From: Podarcis gaigeae
Lineage: Eukaryota
Strand: one strand, 5' to 3'
NCBI GenBank assembly: GCA_964106915.2
Contig: OZ066915.1
Length of the DNA stretch: 64,000 bases
Shown: positions 24,227 to 35,600 of the stretch, in pieces
How positions within the stretch are numbered: the first letter of the stretch is position 1
How the letters are laid out: every line of letters begins with the position of its first letter
Notes under the pieces: generated by a model
The model's database searches: none
Told to the model about the DNA's origin: nothing
The model's input: only the letters and a program-made list of their open reading frames with translations
Position numbers and translations under genes: made by a program

Positions 24227-27200
24227 CACAAAGGCACTTTCTCATGGGACATGTGCCAATTAAGTTTAGAGCCCTGTAAAGGTGTGCTAAAGGTATAGTA
24301 TCTGCAGAAATGAATCCAGTGATTTTCCAATTCCACTCACATTCCTGCACATGGCCACAACCTTCTCAGCAGCTAGTTAACCTGCATGATGCCATCTCCA
24401 GCCACCCCCTCTGATGCCTACCCAGGGTTACCTTGGCTCTCTCCAAGCTCTTCTTTTGCTCATGGAAGGGAGAGGGGGTTTTCAGTGCTGCAATCAGAAA
24501 CAGACAAAAGCACAATGAGCACAGCAAGCAACAAGTACATTTTCAGCATTGTGCCATTGTAACAAAGTTCAACAAAATTAGCCACACAAATCAGCCAGCC
24601 CCTTTATTGCATCAAATTAAAATGAATGAGGAATAACCACAGACATTCCCAGGCCAGGCTGTGGCAGTGGAAACGAGGCAGAGAGGAGCAAAGACACAGA
24701 TGGTAACTAAAGCAGGGGGAGAGCTGAGAGTTGTTTGGAGACAGCCATCTTTTTTAAGGCATCTTAGAGGGAGGTGAGTGGCCTGGCGGTAAAGTGCAGC
24801 TTGTCCAGTATCCAAACACATTGGGTGAGAAGCTCAAGAAACAGAGCCTTGCACGTTAATCCTAGACGCATTTGGGGAGCTTGGTTTTAGTGGAGTTGAC
24901 TTCCAGCTAAAGTGATCAGTCGGGGAGGAAGGATCTAGTTATGGAGAGGACCACCAGTGATATTAATGTCCAGAGGAGACCCGCTAATAAAATTGAGAGT
25001 CTGAGTCTCATTGTATCACATGGGTGTCAGCAACACATACAAAATCAGCAAGGAGGATAAATTGCTCCATTCTGTCACACATTCTTTTCAAAATGAGCTC
25101 TCCTTCCTTCATCCATTGGCAAAATCTCCTTCTCGATATAAGAGAGTGAGCAGAATGCTCCATTAAATTCTGATACTCTCCACCAGTGCCTGCTCTGTGT
25201 TCTGAACCACATATGTTTGGAGGACATATTTGTTTCTTCAGATTGCAGTTCCATCGAGATTAAAAAAAAGAGGGTCGCCTCCTCCACCATATCTTAACGC
25301 CCTCCAGTGATAAACATGCTGTTAGGATTGAATCACAACTCTGTATTTGTCCTACAGGAATAAATGGCAGCAAGGAAAAGGTAGGGGCAAAACCTGCTCC
25401 TTGAACTCCACTCCCCAACTGGCAGTCCAGCTTTTTCCTATCTGCATAGTCTCATCATGGAGCCTTTTTTCCCTCTCCCTACCATCAGTGTTGGCTAGTT
25501 CTCACTGACTAGGAAATTTGTACTTCGTTGTACTCTTATCACCAAGGGGGAGGCTGTCCCAATGTGTTCACAGGCTTCGTGAAGATGACTTGGCACACAG
25601 TTCCCAGCTCATTTGGGTCTCACTCTCTGAACCATTTCTGGGTCTTGCTATTTCTTCTGTGTCATGGGTTAAGGGCATGAGAGGAAAGCATCGCTCTTCC
25701 CAAAGCTGCGCAAAAGCTCTTTATCTCATGGCTGAATTGTAGCCTAGTTATTTATACAGTGAATGTTGTCCAGAATCCAAAAATAAAGATTGCAGACACA
25801 ATTCTCATCTCCATTTTAATAAGTGTCAAATTATTGTTTGTTTGTTTCCTTTGCACAAAATGTGACTGGGAGCACAGTCAAACTGTGGGACAGGAAAATC
25901 AAAGGCCAAGAGAATTATATATTGTGTGATTTTTATTTATTTAAAAACCCTCTTTTTTTCAGTAAAATAAAATAAACAAAACAACCCAAACTGCTTTTAA
26001 CAAATGGCTTCTCTAGTCTCCACATGCCAGTTGTTACCTCCCATCACCAAACGGATTTATTGTCAGAGTTATGAGTCATTTTGCATTGACGCAATTGGAT
26101 GAGCTAATTTATTATTTGCCTCCTGTAGTTAACTAGATCCTAAAGCACGATAGATATTTTGTTTTATTGAAGACTCAAACCCTGCACAACTAAAAGGCCA
26201 AACAAAAAGAAGAAGAAAATCTTAAAGTGAGTGAGTAAATAAAAAAGTGTCACAGAGCACCAAAGGCAAAGTTAGAGGAGACACCTCAGTGGTAAAAGAC
26301 GGTTGTAAAACAGATTCTGGTAAACTTCATAGGGTGAAAACCATCCTACTTTCAGATATTGCAAGAGCAATCTGAGAAGCTGGTGCACCAGTGCAGAGGC
26401 TTGGTTCACAGCTAGTGGGATGGTGGGAAGAGCTTTGAGAGAGCATCCGATAAAAGTAATCTGCAAAGCAGAAAACCAGTGTTGTTCTTCTGCACAGTTC
26501 AATTAATGCACATTACAGAACGCTAAAGTTATGTAGGATCCATGACAAAGGATGGACGCAAAACAAAGGGACCTTTGCCAAGAGGATTGATGTGAATTCT
26601 GCAGACAAACCAACAGCATATGGTTGTCTGAGAAAAAATCTATGTCAATATGGGGTTGAATGTGTTGGTTCTTCCATGAGGGAAGTTGTGGCAGTAGTGG
26701 AATTTTAGAAGTTAAAGTCTGGAGTGAGAGTACAATGATGAAAGGAGAATTACACACATAGGATTGTATCCAAAGTAGCATTGAGTAATATTTTCTGACA
26801 GAACAAGGATTTCCACTTGCACAGCTGGACTTACCTCCTCTCCCCTCTTGTGTGCTTCCTAAATCTGTTTTAGGGGCTCTCCAAACTCTCCAGCAGAGTA
26901 GATTTGGGGAGTGAGTTGGACACAAAGGAGGAAAAAGTCCCAATGTGCAAGCGGAAATCCTTGTGCTGATGGACCACGTTAGTTGGATACTGCCCCACAA
27001 CACAGACCTGTCCTGAGCCTTCAGTTATCACAATTTTTAAGAGCATGTGCATTGAATAATGAGTATTGCAATTAAACATAATTAACTTTCTCATTGTGCC
27101 TGCCAGGAAAGGCTACTGCTTTTGGCCATAGGGGTGGGAAGTGTTTTGTTTTCACAGAGAAAAGAAATCAGGAAATTGCTATAATTTTAGAAGACAAATA

Positions 27201-30200
27201 ACAGATTTGAAATCTTATAGTTTATAGCCATTTTGATTTTAAAAGCATGACATGAAGTTTGAATGCTCTGGTTTGAGAGGAAGGGTCCCAGTGAGAGTGC
27301 CACCATGGTGTTAAGAGAGGCTTGTCAGCTGTGTGACTTGCTTGCCGATGATAAATAGTGGCAAACCAATAATGAGTAAAACCTGTGTCTATGACCCAAT
27401 CATATGAATCTTTGTTCATATGAGTTTGGGTACATTAATTTATTGATTAAACTAGCATACATTTGCATATGAGATAAAAACGGTTCTAAAGAAAAACATA
27501 CTTTGTTTTAAAATTATGCCCACAAGTGGCACAGTAGGCCTCATCTTTGAAGAGCTGTCCCCTGTTCTATCACACACAGAAGGACATGACGCTGCTTGAC
27601 ATCTTTAAGTACTTATGTTAAAAACTGATAATGTAGATATACCAATTTGGGGGCAGCTTGTCAGCTGATCAAATTAAACCTATTAACCTAACCAATTAAC
27701 TGACTAAATCCTGAACCCCTACTAACACCACTAACTAACTGACTGCATTTACACACCACAGTAAATGCTTTTGCCATAAACACAGGTAATGGTTTAAACA
27801 TAAACACACAGGGGCTTCCTGTTTTGATCATTCCCTAGCAGGAAGAACAAAACATAATCCCTAGTGTTACATCTGAATTGGAGATAGCAGTTTATTTCAC
27901 TCCAAACAAAGTTTGTTCTTGACTTACCAATCAAACTTAGTTTGAGTGAAACAAATCACAATCCTTGGCTCAGATATTATTAGGGATGTAAGAAAACATC
28001 ATTTTCTGTTCTGACCTCTATTTGTTGCATGCAGCACTGTTTATGTTCCACTGCGCTATGTCTTCCAAAAAACCCCCACTTTATCTGTATTTCCATCAAC
28101 TGTGTCAAATTATGTACCTTATATAATTTACATGCAAATTATGTTGCCGTGATGTTATTCCCCCCTATTCATTTCAACGCAAAGGAAACACAATGCAAGT
28201 AGGGGTGGGGAAAAGTAATAATTTACGTATCATCTGTGGACTGAAAGCAGCAGCAACAACAGGTGAATTTCCATTTTGGACATGGGATGAATAAGTGAAC
28301 ATTGGCAATTTCCACTCCTGTTTCCATTTTTCTTGGAATTCTGCAGCATCCCCAGATGTAATGTTAAGCCAGGGATTGTGCTCATGCTTGCAATAGGGGA
28401 GAAGCAAAGCAGGTGTGATCTCCACATTCACAACAAACCATTAACTGTAGTTTATATTAATTGTGAACTGGGCAATGAGGCTTCTATATAGGCTTATGAG
28501 CCTTGTCAATGTGAGAAAAGGCATCAAAGGAGAAGGCAAAACAAAAACCCACCCTTAAATTAGGAGGGCTGGAAGACCTAATACTATGGACATGTGCAGA
28601 AAACATGTGATTTATTTGCTATATTTATATATGCTGCTCCTCATTTTTTGTGAGGTTCTCAGTGGTCTCCTATCCAATTCCACACTCACTTAGTATCAAT
28701 CAAAACAAAAAAAAAATTCCTTCCAGTAGCACCTTAAAGACCAACTAAGTTAGTTCTTGGTATGAGCTTTCGTGTGCATGCACACTTCTTCAGATCGAAA
28801 GCTCATACCAAGAACTAACTTAGTTGGTCTTTAAGGTGCTACTGGAAGGAAAAAATTTATTGTTTTGACTATGGCAGACCAACACGGCTACCTATCTGTA
28901 ACAGTATCAATCAAGTTACATCATGTATTCCCAAGGGATTTGCTGGGCAGTGACTGCAAACGGGATGTAGTTGGGTGTAATTCTCTAACTACCTACCACT
29001 GATGTGAATGCCCAGGAACAAAAGTAATCAATGGGATCTCTTCCTACAACATAGGAAGCATGATTATATTAAGGGCAATTACCTTGCCCTTTCTAAGTTT
29101 TGCATAAACCGATTAGGAAGGCAGTCGAGAAATGGGCAAAGATGTGCACTTTTTGTCAAACTCACCAGACAGGTATGAGATGCATGTACTTAGCATGGGT
29201 CCTTGGGCGGTTTTTATATCCTTCAAAATGCATCTAGGGAAATGTCATATCTGAAATAGCCCTAAGCACATACTAGTTGAAGCCCATGGTCAAGCATTGT
29301 GTCCTAGAAAGAAAGATGTTTGGGACTGTGGAAGAGGGGGAGATGAAATAAGGTGAAAAGTCTGGAGTCATGGTGGTAACCCATTTGCCTCGGACGCCTA
29401 AACAAATGCTGCTATTCTTGCCTCCATACCCCTTACCACTTTCTTTCTCCCTCTCTTTGAGGAGTAAAATGCCTTTTAGGGGGTAAACTAGCAGCCTTTA
29501 TGGGGTGTCAGAACATCCCCTGACAGTTGGCAAACACCAATGACACCTCATTTTTGCAGAACATGACAGTTAATTCTGATAGTGGGATAGGATTAAACCT
29601 GCCAAGAACTTTGGGCAATGTATTAAATAAACAAGTCTATGTGGATCCACTCTGTCACACATAACATGCTGTACCTGCACTACATACACTGAAATGCCTC
29701 ATGAAAATGCCAAACTGCTGCATGCACCATTCGTATGGAAGCGACAGACATTCCACGCCAACAATGTAGAATGTTTTGCAGGAGGTGGCTTAAGAGGAAA
29801 GCAATAGCAGAGGCCAACTACAACATGCGGCACCCAAAGGCTTAGGCAGTCACTGTGTGTGGCTCAGAATCAGTGTGATCCAGCAGAGAGAGAGAGAGAG
29901 GGTGGGTGCTTGGGGTGGGAGACCTGGATTCAGATCCTAGTTTGACCATGGACTCACTGGGTGGCCTTGGGCAAGGTGTTATCTCTCTCAGTCTCAGTTT
30001 CCCCATCTGCAAAAAATTGGAATAACAATGACCTGCCTCATAGGATTTTGCAAGGTGCCCTACATCCTAAATGAGTTATGAAAATGATACAGTATAGTCT
30101 ACTTCAGGAATAATCAAGCCCAAACTCCCTTTCCTGTGAGGCTCATTAGAATCCTAGATTTTGGGATGCATGTGTAAGTAATCTTCTAGTCCCGAGTTTA

Positions 30201-32605
30201 ACAGTAATTGCAGTAACAAGCTGAGTATGTGATGGCAAAAATTCCATGCAATCTGTAGTGCCGGACCAGTTGCTCAACTCAATCTCCTGCTTATGATTGT
30301 ACCAGAAATAAATATTTTTTGCAGCAGTACAGACTTCTCAGGGTGGGCACTATGTAAGAAGTTATCTCTCTGCCACAAATATTTCCTTCCTGCATAAGAG
30401 TTGCAGAGGTACATAGCACCAGATCTGTGTGTGCTAAAGTGGTGTACGTGTACAAGCCTGCTTTGCCCTTCTTAGAATCAGAAACAGTCCCTAATGATGC
30501 AAAATTGTATTATATTTATTTGGTGGTGGATAGTGTGACCCTCAGCTGAGGCTGCATGGGCCTGCTAGTGCATAAAAGATAAAAGTGAGAAAGCAAAGTA
30601 CTCACGTGGCATGATTCCCTGGTTGGCGAGCTGCTCTCGGCTTCTTCGCTGCTGCAGCCGCAACTGTAAAACTGGGAGAGAGTGCATCTTTCAGAAAGGG
30701 ACCTCGAACTTCTGCCACAAATAACTCCAAACTTTTCATTTGCTGAGATACCTTCCGCTCTGCTGCTAAAGAGGGAAGGTTCAGATCTCTATCACATGCC
30801 AAAAAAAGGAGTCATCCTTGTTACAACAGCAGTGTAGATCTGACCTATTACTGGAATGCAGCTTTCTTATTATCTTACTAAAACTAAGCCAATTAACCTG
30901 GAGTTTGGTCAAATGACCATTTCCCTTTCTCCATCCTCTCCACACACACAAGTTAACAACTTCATAATGCAGCAGACGCAGTTGCTAATGTTACTACATT
31001 ACCAAAAAGATGAAAATTTATCAAGCTATTCTAACTGTGCTGCTTATTAAGATTTTCGAGTAAATGCTTCTCTGCTACACATGTTATTTAGGGTTGAAAG
31101 AAGAGGAGCCTTTTGCAATAGTTTCTATTCTAGAGTTCACAGGAAACAACTCAGAGTTACAAAAAAAATTGCTGCAGATCTGGAAAACATGGTCCACACG
31201 GATATGTGCTGCTCCGTTAGCTTAAAGAAGGAAAGGGAGTTAAAGAAAATGAATTATCTATGATCACATTTACATGAAAAGGTAGACAGGATTTGTTTTC
31301 TATGCAATAGATATGCTTGCTCTGCCAGGTGCAGCCAGGAGATGATCCACTGGACTGAAATTCTAGCTTAAACAAATTCTTAAAAATTTAGTTTGAAATG
31401 AAAAGCAAACCAGCACACCATCTTGTGTAGGGATGAAATCGATCCTCTTGAGATTTGGCCCATTTTAATGAAAGTGATGAGTGGATGTGGCTCAAAATGA
31501 AAAACTGTCTAGGAAACTATGGCCTAATGTACATAACAGGTCTGCCTGCAGCTATAAATAATCCAACTTAATCTTGACACCTCTGACATATATGAAGTCC
31601 AGCCTGCTCCCCCTGTTACTGCTTCAGAATGCCCTTCCTTCTTTGCACCTCATTGCAGGATGGAGAGCCACTTGTGTTTGGCAGATCATTAGCTTGCCCT
31701 GGAGAACAAACACTTGCCTTGTGTCTCTAGAACTGACATATCTATCAGGGGTGCAAATAAAAACAACAACCAATGTCTGCAAATTTCAAATCAAACCTAA
31801 CAGTATTCTGAACATTTGATTAAAAGAAAATGTGATGAGGGAAGATGGAAACTAAAGAAATTTTTGTCTGCTTTGTAGATATATGAGGCATTTAGCAGGT
31901 GAGGGTCAATTTATTAATCACAGTCACTATAGGAGACCAATCCAAATTGCTCCACATATTGTACATGTAGACTTACTATTCTAAAGCTGCAACCTTAGTC
32001 ATAATTCCTAGAGAATATTTCATTATGGTGGAACTTGGAGTAAACATGCATAGGATTGCACGGCAACAGGATGGTTTTCACCATGTTGTTACCAAATTTT
32101 AGATCGGGAGCTTCCAGAGTGGTTGTTTATTTAGCATGCATATGTGTGCACAAAACATATGTGGCAGTTATATGACATCACCTGCTTACTTGGCATTCAT
32201 TCACGTGCAGGTAACCCAATACCCCCAGTGAGTGTTATGCAACACTTCCCAGTGCAATTTCCCACCACTTTTCTTATCACTTTCTCCTTATCAGACTTTT
32301 AGTGGTTATAAAACTAACAGCATAATTGCACTAGAAAGTGTGGAATAATAACCACTTTTTCTGCATATTAACATCCCATCTGGAAATGCCCTTCATCTCT
32401 ATAAAACTGAACTTTTAATCAGCAACAACCCGTCCCCCCCAAAAAAAACCCAAAACCCATCTCAACTTAAGCAAAGAGCTACTGCACATTATGGCTAACC
32501 ACATAATTTCCACACAGTGAGCTTAATATATAAACAAACCCTTAACTTAATATATAAATCTGCCCTTTTAAATTTCCATTGAAATATATATATAAAGAAT
32601 GGAAT

Positions 32606-32649
<44 letters not shown>

Positions 32650-35600
32650 AAAATACATATTATCTCAATAGGATATACAAAACATTTTGTGTGTGTGAGA
32701 GAGAGAGAGGGAGAGAGTATTTCATTTCTCTTCTACGTAAAATGTATTTTAAAAGAAATCTACAATAGTGTCAGATTTTCATAACCATTCAAATGCATCT
32801 GATGCTTCATTTGTGTTGGCAATGTCCTCATCTTTGCTGGAATTAAGTCCTGTACCAGTGACTTATCAGATAATTTAAAAGACACCATTCAGCCCTTTAA
32901 CAAATTAGCTAATGGATCAAAGATTTAACCTTTTGGATATGTTTGAGGGTCTCAGCCTTTAAATCAGCAGTACTGGGTTGTGAAGAACACGAAGCTTGTC
33001 TTTTTCATCAGAACAAGCTCTGAGGAACTGGGTGGGGAAACCCTCCAATTTCCACAAACAATCTCTAAGAAATGAGCACTGGAGACAAATGGCTTCCTTG
33101 GGGCACCAGCACCCTCTTGAAAAGCTCTCATGATTTGTTTATGCTTGCACAGACTTAGCACTATAGAGGGATTAAAGCATCTGTTTGCATGCTGCTTTAA
33201 TCAGGGCTAGTCAAGGAACTTGCACACTTAAGAGATGTCACTTCGGCAGGAGAACATGGGAGGAAAGAGATAGAGAGGCGGGAGAGGCAGCTCCCAAAGG
33301 TCTGGGCTTTTTGGAAAGCATGGCCTGTTTCATGTGGTCTCAGGAACCAGATGCAAAGCTTTGACGCCACTAAAACTTAACTGCAAATGCATCAAAATAC
33401 TCCCCGTTCGCTGCAAAGCCCAGTATCCACAGTCTGGAAGGCAGGCTTGGATGAATGGCTGCCACCACATAATCCAATTACATCCTTTAATTTCAGTGGT
33501 TAAGAATGTCAGATCTGCACCTTAAACACATTTCCCTGGAAATAATAGGCCCCAGGAATTTCAACGGAATTTGCTTCCCAAGAAGACACACCAGAGTATT
33601 GGAATCCCAGGTGTTTAAAATGCCTGAAATGCAAAGTTGTAAAGCATGGGTAGGCAAACTAAGGCCCAGGGGCCGGATCCGGCCCAGTCGCCTTCTAAAT
33701 CCAGCCTGTGGACGGTCCAGGAATCAGCATGTTTTTACATGAGCAGAATGTGTCCTTTTATCTAAAATGCATCTCTGGGTTATTTGTGGGGCACAGGAAT
33801 TCATTCATTCCTGCCCCCCAAAAATATAGTCTGACCCTCCACAAGGTCTGAGGGACAAAAAAGTTTGCTGACCCCTGTTGTAAAGCATTTCTTTTTACGG
33901 ATGAGTTGCTCCAATGTTAGGGTTGCCATATGTCCTTTTTTCCAGGACACACCTTATTTTTCATGGGTAGAGTCATCCTAGCGATCCATAGTTAAAAGTA
34001 GAAGTCTGCAAATGTGTCCTCTTCCTTTGCTCTTCAAAATATGGCAACCCTACAGGTACTACTGATTTTATTTTTTAAAAATAAAGCTGATATTTAATGG
34101 CTAATTTCATGATTGGGATTTTGCTTGCAGTGTTTGTGTTCTAAAGAACAACAAAAGTCACAAAAAAGAGGAAAAACCAAGAGAGAAAGTGGAGTGGCAA
34201 AAAGAGAGAAAGGGGGATCCATTTTTGGCTTTCACCCTGCCCAGTGCTGACTCCAGCCCCACCCACTGCTGGTATGCAGCCCACATTCCCGAGGGAATGT
34301 GGCCCACAATAAAAAGATACAGAAGTTACCCAACTGAAGAAGAATGGACAAATAGGGATAAATAGCAATCACTGGAAGACATTGAACTGATTTCTTTCAT
34401 CTGCTCTCAACTAGCAGGTGTGCTATCAACCAACAGAACTAGTAACAGAACTAGCAAGTACTTCGATACAATGAAAATTAACACCAAAAACATTTAAGCA
34501 CTAGTCCAGAATAAAGCCTTTTCCATATTGTATGTATTTGGTAAAGAGGTAAGTGCAATGATATGATAGACGATGGATTGTTTTTTAAATAAAGTGCATA
34601 TAGGGATGCTTCGTAGAAACTTACTGTGGATAACACTTCAGCAATAAGATGGAATCCTTGTTTATATCCACAAATGACCCACTGGCAATTACTACTGAAT
34701 GGACATGTTGTGAAGATGCCCACTGGAAAATGCTTTATAGATCTGGCTTCTTTTTCCTGATGGGTTTTTAAAACAAGGCCTGTGCTTATTTCACAAACAT
34801 AAACTGGCTGTTACAGAAATAGTAGGCAGGACATGCAATCATTGTTTCATTGCTTCTAGTATGAAAAAAATACAGGCTACACTGGCATCACTAAGCTATC
34901 AACTCATAATCTCTTCATAGAAGTTAGCCTGACCCCACAGATCTGTTGGCTAAGGCAACTTGCCAGTGTGTTTCGGTAGGGAGTAAAATGTATGGGTCAC
35001 TCACATTTGAAGTTTGCTCCTAAGCAACAAAGCTGCAGTACAGCTGGTCAAGCCCAGCTGACATTTAATCCACAGCTATTTGGAGTTCACTAACAAGGCA
35101 CAAATTAACTCTTTTTGCTCAGTTAATTTCATCCCTCAGAGATCTTGTGGTGCTCCTAGGTCACAGAAGTGCAACTAATTTGGACACTCCACCTCATAAT
35201 TAAGGATGAACCTAGATAAGATGCTTGTGTATATTGTTAATCTAATATGAACAAACCCAGGATCTCTAATAGCCATTACAGTAATGTATATATTTGACGC
35301 ATGAAAGTTTCTGCTTTGAGGCAAGAGGCTGGGTTTTAAAATCATCTACCGCCTTGCAGACCAATAATTATTTGATATAAGCTCCAGAGGTACACAAAAC
35401 AAACAGGCCAAAAAAATTTCACCTTGTCCGTTCACTCAAAATTATGTATTCTTCTATTATTAGATCAGCAGTTGAAAGAGAGAATGAATTATCAATACTT
35501 CAAGAGGTTATTTCTTAATTGGTCAGAAGGTGGAGGTAAGTGTGTTCTTGTGGGGTGAGCAATAGAAATCTTTAAGAATCTGTATGTAAATCCTGAACAG

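Noticed and set aside
29161-29252. Possible exon 2a defined by a gtgagt donor at 29165
   Set aside because: Upstream acceptors are weak and give 68- or 85-nt exons with no other support.
31552-31561. MEF2-like CTATAAATAA in intron 1 (another at ~16574)
   Set aside because: An AT-rich 10-mer is expected by chance, and I saw no supporting motif cluster.
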